From: Nageia nagi
Taxonomy: Eukaryota > Plantae > Pinophyta
Assembly: GCA_050084985.1 (NCBI GenBank)
Contig: JBITNC010000001.1
Span: 3,410,001 to 3,474,000 of the forward strand
Direction of reading: 5' to 3'
Length of the DNA: 64,000 nt
Below, one piece after another: positions 27,797-40,965 of this stretch (the first letter of the stretch is position 1; the number at the start of each line of letters is the position of its first letter). A program made the position numbers and the translations under genes. The notes under the pieces were generated by a model. The model was not told the origin of the DNA. It was given only the letters and a program-made list of their open reading frames with translations, and did not search any database.

Positions 27797-28704
27797 TACT
27801 TGACTCATCATATACCAAGTAGCTCAAAATTTCAAGGTGGTTGATCAACCGGATTACAATTCACAACTTAATAAATCCATGTCCATTAAAATTTAAGACC
27901 CATTCTCATTCTGCTACAACTCGAAACTATCATGCTACAATGGAATGGAAACTTACCATGTAATGGCTCCAAGTACAATGAAAGCAACTACCACAACAAA
28001 GACCTTTGTTTGACCTTTTGCTATCGACTTGTATTTACCACTTAGTCTTGAGTGCCATAATAACATTCAAACACAATTTCAAATGCTAATTTCATAAACA
28101 ATATCATTTTGGTACTTTTGGTACAACAACTAAAATTTTAATCGAAGCCTTGTTTTCCATAGCTCTTCGTTATAATTACCAGCTCTGAACATTAAATCCA
28201 AAGAGAAATCAATATTTATCCACTAAAATTTCAGACTTTATCAGGGCTTTATGATCATGTATACAAATTTTGTTGTTACATTTTCAATTATCTTCGGGAT
28301 TATGCTTCAAGATTTATGTTGTTTCCCCTTCATATAGATGATTGTATCTTTGTCCCCCTTTAATAACACCATAAGTACACAACTTGAGTTGTAATTGTTT
28401 ATGAAGAACCATAATAAAGAACTTATTACCGTTAAACCCAGCTGCCCCATGGAGAAATGAACATAATACATAAATAAAAAAAGTGATAAAAAATACTTCA
28501 TCTTCATCTGTTACAACCAATATGCACCCATCTAGTGTCTCTCAAACAACTCATTAGGTCTTTGTTAGGGATCATCCATAGCTTGCCTCTTAATGCACCT
28601 CACATCACATGTGAGCTTGAGATTTTATTCTGAAGTAGTCAATTAAAAGCCTGGAAATTTTTTTATTGACTTTACTGCCTCGTAAATAACATCCATTTAA
28701 TGGA

Positions 28705-31531
28705 TCATGGTGACTTTCTCAGTATCCTGAATGCATCTCCAATAAGATGCAGAGAACCAGTTATTAGCACCTGCATTACAACAAATAATTTGAAAGGAAA
28801 AGAGGTCATAAAACAGGTAAATTGCATCAAAAGGCTAGCTCTAAATAGTGATTTGCCCCATAATATTTCTTATTACATCATTGACCTAATCTGAGACTGG
28901 TCCGCCACTCTATGGCCATTTGGAAGCCGAGGGCACTTACAACCTATATAGCCCAAATTTTTATCTTAATGGGCTCCAGAACCCCATGATAACATAAAGA
29001 TACAATTCATATGTAAAACATATGGAATTTAGAACAGCTTTTGAAAAATAAAGCATAATGCAATACTACTAATTCTTGTTTCTTGTTTGAATAGTTCCTG
29101 AGAGAAAGTGGCCATATTTGATATTTCATTTGGAAATACAAAAATGGAACTGAAAAGAATTTGATTACATGCCTATGAAACTTTAGCTATACACACTACC
29201 TGCTACTGATTCTGACACTGGAAAAACTAAAAATGTAGTGTAAATTTGGGTTCTAGATAAAAGGGATCTAAAACGATTATTGTCAAAATCTCATTTTTAA
29301 TGACAAATGAAATTTACCTGTAAGCGCAAAGATTCATGTTTCTGAACACATTCTCTGAGCCAATTAATTGTTATTGGCAGTGAAGGCATGACAGCACTAA
29401 ATATGCGGCTCTTGTCCTTGGGATAAGTTTCTTGCGAAGAGTCATCAAGCAGGAACTCATAAGGGGCGGGGGTTGTGAGAGTCCCAACTCTGGCTTATCT
29501 TCAGTCTCTGTTTTTTTTTCAGTGGCATAGAAGATATCCAACAATGGAAAGGTATTAAACACTGAATATTTTCTGTTTTTGCCCAGCTGACATAATCAAG
29601 ACTACCTATAACCATTAAATTTTTCTCAATCCATTGCCATTGCTTCTCAAATGCACTTAACTAATGTATTTGCAAACCAATAATGCAAAAAGAAGTACCT
29701 TGTTGATCAGCATTACCTTTTCCTCTGTTCATTAGATTTTCCCATGTTCTTTGTAGAACTAACTGCCATGAAATGTCAACATTTGGAGAATCATTTGCAG
29801 CAGGCGTCAAAGTGGAACCAATCTGTGTAAAGGATAATTGGTTTGGCACAAAAAATGCTCCTTGGAAATGTACACCTAACATGCAAACACATGTTAAGGC
29901 AACTATTGTCAGTGAAAAAACATAACTGAATAAGCCTAAAAGAAAGGGAAAATAACTTTCTCCCCTGATTGCAAGAACTACAAAAATTTAAGAAAATCTT
30001 GTGTGACACACTTCAAGGACCAGCAACGGTACTTGACCATCAAAACTTGATCAGATCAAATAGTCAGTCATGGATGTTTGAAACTTGTCAAATTGTATTT
30101 AATATAGGTTTAAAGATGAAATATTGGTCTTCTTGTTAGAATATGATAAATGATATATATATGACTGATCAAGATGTGGCAAAAAGGAAGTTAAAGTATT
30201 TCAGCTTCCCATTAGGTACGAGATAGCATTTATAATTAATATCAAGATGGATCAGAGTCATCAGACACATCACTGGAAAGAATATAGTTAGTGTTGTAGT
30301 AATATTCCATTTCAAACCGCAGTAGATGTTAAATATCAGCCTCTGCCACAAGATATTGACAAAAGAAACTCTATGGACTTAATTGCGGATTTGGCAATCA
30401 TTGTCCACCACAAAAACTCATATGTCAGTTCAGTTGTCATCCCCGCAGTTCAAGAAGATTTGATGCACGGAGAAGACGACATGTGGGAGATATCACCAAT
30501 GCACAATTTCTAAACCACCTACAAAATTCGTTTCATAATAAATTTTTCTTGAATATTACTTATGACAAAATTCTATCTTTTACCGCAATAAACATCATTC
30601 AAAAAGATAAAATTATGATGGATGTTTAGTAGGGGTTGCTATTTAAAATACAGTACCATGCAAAGCACACGTATGGACAAGGCGTGGAAGAAGCAGTTTT
30701 GGGTCCCTCTTAGCCATACAATTAAAAATCACGATCTGCAAGCAAACAACATGGACATTTGAAGAAAAATATTGGAACTTTTAACTTAAACTAATATTGT
30801 TTACATAGTTATAACATCTTGAACTGGTATATGGAAGTGAATGCTCTATTTCTTTCATACTTCTAAAAGAGAGCCAAGGTGAATAAAAAATGACCTGCTT
30901 TGAATTCTTTCTCAATTCTCTGCTGCTATAGTGTTGGTGCTCAAACTTTGGTGATAAATCACTGTAACCATTCTGGTTCCAATTAGACATTTGCTTACCC
31001 TCGATTCTTGATTGTATATCATCTTTTATAGCATTTGAAAACCAATTAGCACATACTTCCATGCTTTCCGGGCTGTGGGCTCCATCCAAATAGAAAATCA
31101 GTTTACTAGCATAAGCATTGTCAGCACCGTCATCACTAAGCTGTCCACAACACTTTAAATAGGGGTCAGGCAGAACTTGTGCACGACCTGGAAAATTGGT
31201 TGTTGCAAGCCCTTTAAGGAAGGGCTCTGGCAAATATCCTCCATCATCTAGCTGGAGAATGAGCAACATAAATCTTGTTAGTTAGGGTGCTTTCACCTGG
31301 AACGCGAGAATCAATCATATATATTCATAGAAAACCAATGTTTGCACAAAATGGAGATTGACTGACACTCTTCGACAAATTAGAATCTTTTGAACGCCCA
31401 GTGCTCTTAAGCCAAGTAGAACAAAGAGCAACAGCTAGGGCTGCATTCAAATATTGATGGTCACCAGCCAACCCTACTTTCAAACCACCTAGACTGGAAG
31501 TGTTTAATGGCAATACAACTTGGAGAGGAAC
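28705..31531 (-). CDS. FPGS: Folylpolyglutamate synthase, last six exons (31531-31367, 31251-30895, 30735-30657, 29875-29699, ~29493-29318, 28770-28705)
   Basis: Motifs [91 protein letters not shown] borders are phase-consistent, except that the acceptor of the penultimate exon is uncertain. Confidence 0.95.
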
Positions 31532-34500
31532 CTGCAACACACAGATAGAACTTTCAAAAACTATGTGATAGCACACAAGCGTTATCAAAATAATTTTTAG
31601 TATGAGAACTGATATGACAACATAAGCAATAGAGGTCAATAATAAATTAATAATAATAATAATGAGATATATTTACAAAACTAGGTCTAATTGCTCGTAC
31701 AAACAATTGTACATATTGAACACTTCAATGCTGTTTTCTAGCCTTCTCCATAATGATTAGAGAAGCTCATTGACAGGAAGCATGGGATATCATAATAATA
31801 TAGAAATCTAGAAACCAACAATCCTAATCAAGCCGTTCATCCTGTTGACCACTCCTGAGAATTATCATCTTGATTGTCTTGCGATCCTGTAAGGCTTAAG
31901 GTGTTGTGCTCATATCAAATCTATAATTCTATTCTTACAGTTGCTGGTATTCAATTGTGTTGTCATTACATATTGCAATGCAAGTCTACTACGAGTACCA
32001 CCCAAAATAAAAGGAAAAGTCTGGCCAGATCCTACAAGAATAGCTAGAGGCAAAGCTTAAACAAATAGCAGCCATTTTCAGAAAGCTCTCAAGTATCATA
32101 ATGCTTTGCATTAAGTTTTTTATTCATGCTTCAACTGGTAAAGAAGAAACTTTAAGATTTTGAAAAAACTCAGTTACTAATTACTACTTACCAATATTCA
32201 GATATTTAAATTGTATCTACAAGCCAATAAGTTAATAACAAACAATCAAGGCAGGAGGCAGATAAGTTACAGTTGTTGTTTAACACCTAAGATTAATTGC
32301 AACCACACAGAGTTCCTTCAAAACATTCTATTTAATCCATCAAACATGACATGGATGTTGTCGTAGAAGTAGAACAAACAATACATACATTTACTCTTTC
32401 AACATCTTACAATCGATGTGGAATTTTATCTGTTACGACTTCCTTTGACAGTAAAGGATAATAGTTGTTGGAAGGAGATAACCATGTAAAAAAATGGCTT
32501 GCACATTGATCCAACTGCAAAACTCCTTTATCATCAAACTATCAAAGCTGAACATGATTGAAACAAGATTTGCTAAGGTGAAAAAATTCCCTATGCAGAA
32601 ATTTGTTAAGTTCTTTACCAAGAGTTGTATGGCATATGCTTAATTGCCAAAAAAAATGGAAAGGTAGTATGGAAAAACACAATACATCATAGTCTATGAA
32701 TTCAAACCACAACTAGATACCTAGTGATAACACTAGCATAGAAGCATTTGCACAAACTTGGCTCCCATAACTAATGCCTAGTCTCTTTTTAAGACTCCAC
32801 CCTGGAAGAAGTTCGAATAACTCCAAGGCAAAAAGTATAGTATATCACAAAGTGACTTTACATATTCATCTCCATGGGTGACCTTTAGATTACACATGGA
32901 CTATTCATATGCCCTTTCTTATTACTCCAAAAAAACAAGTAAACTCCTACAGCTGAATTTACTAAATATAGTAAGTACTATTACTCTATAACAAATACAT
33001 TAATCTCTTAAGATTACGTGTCTAACATTCCCCCCTTAATCCGAAGGGGTATTTGTAAATCCAAGCATCTTTCTGAACTTCAACTTTTCTCGTCCAAAAG
33101 CTTTGGTGAAGATGTCAGTACAACAATGTTTCAATTGAATTGTCTTGTACTCTACATGATATCGAATCAAATGAAATTTTGTGTTGATGTGTTTGGTTCA
33201 ATCATGAAATTTGGATTCCTGGCCAACTATATTGCAAAAGTGTTATTAATCAGAAGTGGAGTTGGTTGCACTTGTTTCTCCTACAAATTTTCTAGTATCT
33301 TTTTGAGCCACACAATCTTCTTTGTTGCCTTTGCAACAACCACATATTTTGCCTCTATAGTGGAATTTGTTGGAATGGATTGTTTTTGTGACCTCCAGGA
33401 GATAGTTGTCGATCCAAGACTCATGAGGTAGCCTACAGTCAAAACTCCATTCTCTTTGTCTCCATCAAAGTCTCAATTTGAATATCCAACCAATCTGAAC
33501 TCTCTCACCTTGGAATATTTGAGTCCAAAATCTTGAGTTCCCTTCAAATATCTAAGGACTCTTTTTGCTGCTACCCAATGTCCATCACATGGTTTTTGCA
33601 TGAATCGAGAAAGGAGTCCAACCATAAATGAAATATCTAGCCTTGTTGTGGTTAGATAAATGAGACTTCCAATGAGCTGTCTATATTTTGTAGCATCTTC
33701 AAATTGGTTCTCTTCAATTGATTGCAACTTCAAATGTTGTCACATTGGAGTAAAAAGAGGTTTACAATCTTGCATGTCAACAATTCTCCGATGTACTTTC
33801 TTTGGGAAATATGTATTTGGATGTTTGATTCACTTCAACTCCCAAGTAATAGTGAAGATGCCCCATATTAGTCATTTCAAAACCTCTCTTCAATTATTTT
33901 CTTACGGTTCAATGTATCCTTCATTGTTCCTTGTTATCAAAAGATCTACATACACTGAAAAAAATACAACAATCTTGCCAACTTTCTTGACAAATAAAGT
34001 TGCATCATCAAGATTATAATGCTCAAAATTGATTTTCAAAAGATGCTCAATAAGCTTTTCATACCAGGCACAAGGAGCTTGCTTCAGGTCTACAAAGACT
34101 TGATGAGTTTGCATACCTTTTGTTCTTGACCTTTCACAGCAAATCCGTTTGGTTGTGTAATGTACACATTCTCTTTCAGATCACCATTTAGGAATGTTGT
34201 CTTCATGTGCATTTGATGAACTTTCCATCCATACTGAGCTAACATAGCCAACCAAGAACAAATGGTCGCCCATTTTGTTGCAGCAGTAAAAAACCCATCA
34301 TAGTCAATACCTTATTTTTGTGCAAAACCTTTCATCATAGGCCTCCACTTTGTGTTTATCAAGTGAGTTGTCTGATTTGTACTTATTTTTGAAGACCCAC
34401 TTGCAACCTAATGGTTTGGTTCCATGAGGAGGATCTACCAACTTCCATGTCCCATTCTTGATGAGAGCATTATATTATTTCTTCATGGCTTCTTTCCATG

Positions 34501-37500
34501 CATAATGAGAAATAGCTTGTTTAAAGGAAGTTGGCTCTGAGTGGGTAGAGAAATTCTACTCACAGTAAAAAAGAACATTCCATATCATCAACATCATTAT
34601 CATCATCTGAATATGAATCTTCTACCGCTCCTTGTCTTGCTTGATAGAAACTTATAGTTCCTATTTTCACCACTTCATCAAGACGAACACTTTCAAGTGT
34701 TTTGGAGAGCCATTTTTGGGATCCTTTGAGATGATTCAAGTTGCTCGACAAGCTGAGGAGGAGCTACATTTCCGTCAAGACTCAACCTATGTGACGTCCC
34801 CTTGTTCAGTTAGTGGGGCCAAAATGGTCATCTTTGTAATATACTTTATTTATGTATTAGTATTTACATTGTTGTAACTTAGGATAGGAGACTTGATGGG
34901 TCAATGGACCCCACTATGAGCCCCAAGTGGGACATCTCCCTCCTAAGGTTAGATTAGGCATTAATTATCATACTTGGACATCCTGATAATGATTGTGGGT
35001 ATCCCAAAGTATATTTATGTATTAAAGTAATGGACGGCTACTTGCATGCTTGTGTCGGGCTTGGGGAGGACCCCACACACCCCCACGTTGGCTCAGGTTG
35101 ACTCTAGGACCCTAAGCATCACTTATTGGCCCACATGGGCGTGCGTGGCACATCTAGGGCCTGATGTTGGCACTTGATGGACCTTGGCCCCCTACGTTGG
35201 CATGCTTAACCCCTAGGCACCCACGTTAGGTGTTTCGGCCCCCCAGGAGGCCAACGTTAGATTAGATGAGCTTGGGATGACTTTGAGGTGAGATCCGGAT
35301 AGAGCTAATGTGTAAATAGACACTAGAGCTTCATTACTGGATGGCTATTGATTATTATTACTTCTTCTACGGTCCATCGAACAACAAGTCTTACCGGTGC
35401 AAAGCAACTCTTCCTAGGCGCAACGTCTAAAGAGCATTAAAGTTGAGGGATCCTATTTGTCTACGGCACTGGTGTAGCACCTTTGCCCATCCGATGGAAT
35501 TCCAAGGATTTGCTTCTACATTCGATGATTATCCAAGGTTCGAGGAGGGCTCCTTTGATGGAGAGGATTTGGTTATGAGGGAGCATTTATGTCCCATGGT
35601 TCCATGTTTGTGTTCAATGATTGAGGATATTATTGTTGTGCCCTAGTTGGCTCTTGGGAGGCCAAAGACTGACCCCTAGGGCTTGGTATTGTATACATCA
35701 TCATTCTATATCATTGGTATAGCTAGAGGGCATTGGATCTCATTATTGTATTGTCTATTCCATACTTGTGCATGCGTTGGATTGTCTTTGCTTAATTGTA
35801 CTTGTATGAGCTAGACATTGGCATTGTGAGTTGGTATTCATTGCTATATGCTTGTATAACCTAGACGTTGGCATAGTTCCATTGTTGTGATGCGTATTGA
35901 ATGTTCTAACCCTAATGTTGGCATTTGAGGGTTTGTATGCTTGAGTTTTGATGTCCTAGGCCAGCCATTTGGACTATTGTAATCGAATTCGCTGATTTTG
36001 CTTTGAGATCTTGTTTGGATCATTATAGTGGTATCGGAGCCTGAATCTAGCCAGCCGATGTATGAAACCCAAGATCCACCACTACTACACCAAGTCCAGC
36101 ATCCGAAGAGAGATGGCATCCGCTAGGAAGAGCGAAAGATCACATACATAGGAGACGTCTGAAAAAGCTATACATGAGGAAGATAGACGGCCATGGATGA
36201 ATGAGCCACCTGAAGAGAGAGCATTTGATGATGAAGGAGAAGTGCGGGAGATAGACAGAGAGCCGTTAGGAGGAGGAGCTCCACTCCAGTTTGAGGATTC
36301 ACTCCTGATCGGTGTTTGATGAGCTCATTTCGGCCATCCATAATATGATCGGAGTGATGACTTCTATGCAGCAACAGATGACCAGAGACGAAAGAGGAGG
36401 CCCCACATCACACCAAGGGTGATAGAGAGGCCCTACGTCTGGCCAGGGATGTTAGAGAAGAGTGGTTTGAGGAGGACAAGGTAGACCAGGAGCCTAGCAT
36501 GAGGAGATCTCGAAGTTTGAGGGATTGAAATTCTACCTACCATGGGTCAATGGGACAACCAAAGGCCACTTTCCTGAGATCCCACTCACATAGAGCACTC
36601 CAAGGTACAAAATCTATCCTAGGGAGGTACTTGGAGGAGGACATTGGCAGGGTGGATGAGCAGCTGGTTATTTTGAAGCCGTCCAAGCCCATGTTTGCAT
36701 AGAAGATTGAAGAGGCCACGAAGAGCAAGGTTCCTAGTCCATTGGAGCTGAACCAGATTTTCAGAGAGTACTTGATGTTGGATCTAGGGTTGAGGAGAGA
36801 TGTCAACTTCAACGACTATCTTGAGCTCTTGGGGTTGAAAGGGAGTAGCTCACATGTTCCATGCCATTCCAATAGTCCATGGGAGGAGAAGAACTTGCAA
36901 CACAAGATCAATAAAATGCAGACACCCATGTATGATGGCAAGAAGATGACGGCTAGGGCATGGCTGCATCAGTTGTAGACTTATTTCACCATAAGTCCCA
37001 GCATGGTAGAGGAGGATGCTATACATTTCGCATCTCTACATTTTGAGGGTGATGCCCTAGAGTGGTGGCAACATGGAGTGATCAGCCAGGGTTACTCACT
37101 CATCACTTCCTTCGATGAGTTTGCCTGATGATTGGTCTAGAGGTTAAACTGAAAGGAGAATGACTACTTCTAGGATCTGACCTCATTGAGGCAGTAGGGT
37201 GCAGTTGATGAGTATGTGACGGAGTTCTAGCAGATTGTTGTCATGATCCACCACATTCTTGAGGAGAGACTGGAATTTTTCTTCATAGAGGGCTTGATGT
37301 AGCCATTGCGAGGGATGGTCTCTCTTAGGAGCCTTGATGACCCACCATAAAATACCTCAAGGAAGGATAGGCGCACAAGGGGCTGACCAACCAGAAGTCA
37401 TTTGCTGAAGGGCCTAGCAAGGCCAAATCCTTTCCTTTGCCCAGAACGGATCAATTGGATGCAGCCACACGGGGGAAACTAAGGAAAGAGGGCAAGTGTT

Positions 37501-38186
37501 TCTATTGCAAGAAGACTTGGAAGCTAGGGCACCGTTGTCAAGGGAAAGGACAAGTGCATTACATCAAGGTGTTTTCGGAGGATGATTGCTTCACTCCATG
37601 GGATGAAGAAGTTCCTCATGTTGAAGATTGTGGGACATTGGGGAGCATGATTGCTTCGCTCCATGGGGTGAAGAAGTTCCTCACGTTGAAGATTGTGGGA
37701 AGGGCAAGAGGACAGGATGTGATGGTGTTGATTGATCCAAGAGCATCTCACAATTTCATTGATGTTGGCTTTGCTGAAAAAAAGAATTTGAAGACCAAGG
37801 TGTTTGAGGGATTCAAAGTTTCCAATGCCAATCGGAAACTCACATTGGTGGACCAGATTGTTGAGAGGTTTGGCGTGAGACTGCAGAGTTGTACGGTGAG
37901 GGAAGACTTCTACATCTATCCCTTGAAGGGACACCATCACCTCATCTTGGGAGTGCAATGGTTGTTTGATTTGGGAGATATCCACACCAACTGTAAGAAA
38001 CTCACAATGAGTTTTGAAATAGATAGGAAGACACACTTTGCAAGGGATTAGAGATGATTGTCCACAGGTGGACAACAAGAGGTTGGAGGTGATTGAGTGG
38101 TGCTAGCAGAAGGAGATAGAAGGGGAGGCCATGTTGCAGCTCAAGGAACCAAGAGGCGCTAGGCTGGATCTTGAAGGAGGAGGCTA

Positions 38187-38420
38187 CCAACATTGAGCAT
38201 CTGGGAGGATTGTTGCCTCACATTGAGCATCTAGGAGAGATGCCACCCAACGTTGAGCATTTGCAAGGATTGTTGCCCCACATTGAGCATCTGGGAGAGA
38301 TGCCACCCTACATTGAGCATCTGAGAAAATTGTCTTCCCACGTTGGGCCTTTGGAAGGCTAGGCATGACACGTTAGACTATTAGGATCCTAGGCACCCTA
38401 CGTTGGGTCTTGAGGAGATT
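38187..38420 (+). repeat. 30-bp coding tandem repeat (PHIEHLGEMP-like 10-aa unit)
   Basis: cattgagcatct recurs every 30 bp at 38191, 38221, 38251, 38281 and 38311, then decays to cacgttggg. Confidence 0.9.
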
Positions 38421-39861
38421 GGATTTGTTGCATTGAGATGCCATGCTGATAGCCATCCTACGTTGAGTGTGAGGGAGGCTGCATTCCCCTCACAGAGCAT
38501 TTAGGAGTTGGAGGATGAGGTATTTTCTTGCCTCATACTGGCTATGAGGAGATTGAGGAATCTCGAATGGAGCTTTGAGGAGTCCTTGCTTCATGAGTGG
38601 AGCACAGGCTCTACTTCTTTTCCACTAACTATGATTTTCTCAAGGTTCTTGCAGGTACATGCATTCTGACGGTTATGCAAGACACTCATTGAGCAACTAT
38701 TAAGGAGTGACAGCTACAGCAAACCAGAGTGTTTGCGGCTTGCGTTAGCGCATGGGCCTGAAGCTTCAACTATGATGATGCATATTGAAGCTGCATTCCA
38801 CCACCATGTGTTTCAGCTTTCAATACCAAAGGATTCTTGGAAGACTATGTGTTGCATTCTCCTACCATTGCTTGAGGGAAAGCACTTCGAGATGGGAGGC
38901 TTTGTGACGTCTCCCTTGTTCAGTTAGTGGGACCAGAATGATCATCTTTGTAATATACTTTATTTATGTATTAGTATTTACATTGTCGTAACTTAGGATA
39001 GGAGACTTAATGGGTTAATGAACTCCCTTGTGAGCCTCAAGTGGGACGTCTCCGTCCTAAGGTTAGATTAGGCATTAATTATCATACTTGGACATCCCGA
39101 TAATGATTGTGGGCATCCCAAGGACTATTTATGTATTAAAGTAATGGACGGCTGCTTGCATGCTTGCACCAGGCTTAGGGAGGACCCTAGACACCCCACG
39201 TTGGCTCAGGTTGACTCCAGGACCCCATGCATCACTTACTAGCCCACAAGGGCATGCATGGCACATCTAGGACCTAACGTTGGCACTTAATGCACCATGG
39301 CCTCCTACGTTGACATGCCTAACCCCTGGCACCCACGTTAGGTGTCCCAGGCCCCCAAGAGGCCAACGTTGGATTAGATGAGCTTGGGATGGCTCCAAGG
39401 TGAGATCTGGATAGAGCTAATGTATAAATAGACACTGGAGCTTCATTACTGGATGACAATTGATTATTATTACTTCTACAGTCCATCGAACAACAAGTCT
39501 TAGTGGTGCTAAGCAACTCTTCCTAGGCGCAACGTCTAGAGGGCATTCAAGCTGAGGGATCCTGTCTGTCTACAGCACTAGTGTAGCACCTTTGCCCATT
39601 CGGTGGAATTCCGAAGATTTGCTTCTACCTTCGATGGTTATCCAGGGTTAGAGGAGGGCTCCTTCGGCAGAGAGGATTTGGGTTTTGAGGGAGCATTTTT
39701 GTCCCATGGTTCCGTGGTTGAGTTCAATGATTGAGGATATTATTGTTGTGCCCTAGTTGGTTCCTTGGAGGCCAATGACTTCCCCTAGGGCTTGGTATTG
39801 TATGCATCATCATTCTATATCATTGGTATAGCTAGAGGGCATTGGATCTCATTATTGTATT

Positions 39862-40225
39862 TTCCCTCAAAAAATGCTAAAAACGTGCAAAAAACTTTGA
39901 AAGCAAGTTGAAAACATGGTCGTTTTTTCCTGTATTTGCCGTTTTTCTGTTTAAACATCCAAAAATGCAAAAAAAACATACAACCCTTGCTGTACCCACC
40001 ATTTTTTGGCCATTTTTCCCTCATTTGGCCGTTTTTTCCTCAAATTTACCAATTTTTTTGTTGCGAACTTTTCCCGTTTTATGCCTTTTTTGGTGTTTTT
40101 TCCATTTTCACAAATTTTAAAACCCGCAAATGTTTTCCATATTCACCGTACTTTGACAGTTTTTTGGCCGTTTTTACCTATTTAGCCCCAAGCCGTATTT
40201 TCAAAAAACCATTTTTTAATTCTAT
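39862..40225. mobile_element. One-ended hAT-MITE-like insertion in the 3' LTR
   Basis: Absent from the 5' LTR. Ends in ...ctatg like the 46451 MITE, with ccgttttt subterminal repeats. No left TIR or TSD. Confidence 0.55.
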
Positions 40226-40965
40226 GTTCTATTACATACTTGTGCATGCGTTCGATTGTCTTTGCCTAATTGTACTTTATGAGCCAAATGTTGGCATTGT
40301 GAATTGGTATTCATTGCTATATGCTTGTATGAGCTAGACGTTGGTATAGTTCCATTGTTGTGATGCGTATTGAATATTCTAACCCTAACGTTGGCATTTG
40401 AGGGTTTGCATGCTTGAGTTTTAATGTCCTAGGCCTGATGTCTGGACTATTGTAATCGAAGTTGCTGATTTTGCTTTGAGATCCCGTTTGGATCATTACA
40501 ATCTACCAACCCTTGAAATCACATCATCCAACTGATCTTTTGTTTCCTACTTTGATGGAGGAGGGATTGCTTGAGGTGCTTGCTCTTCAAGAACAAGTGG
40601 CATAGATTTCAAATGTTGATCCAATATGGGGACCTCCCTTCAAGATTTGGAATATCATAATTAGCTTCAAGAGAATGCTTTCCATGGGTAAACTTATCTA
40701 GGTGATCAAGTTGTCGCTCAATAGTCATGTCACTCTTCAAACATTCAAGAAAAATTACATCTCTTACAAAGAGGAGTTTTTTGTTTACCTCGTCATAAAG
40801 CTTATATCCGTTGGTAGTATTTGAGTACCCTAATAAATGCATTTGCAACTCTTGGCACCAAGTTTGTTTCTTTGTTCCTTAGGAATCAAGACAAAACAAG
40901 AGCAACCAAAAAACCTGAGATGCCTAACCGAAGGAAGACATCCAAACCACATTTCATAAGGAGTC

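Larger units (their letters stand above)
34790..40500 (+). mobile_element. Non-autonomous Ty3/Gypsy element (gag + protease, no RT/RH/IN)
   Basis: LTRs 34790-36027 and 38903-40500. TSD accta/atcta. PBS tggtatcggagc 36029-36040. Gag, CFYCKKTWKLGHRC knuckle, protease VLIDPRASHNF. Confidence 0.92.

Noticed and set aside
27955-28060. Possible minus-strand exon (VFVVVVAFIVLGAITW|gtaagt) and donor-like sites near 25230 and 25460
   Set aside because: No recognisable protein or coherent gene model.
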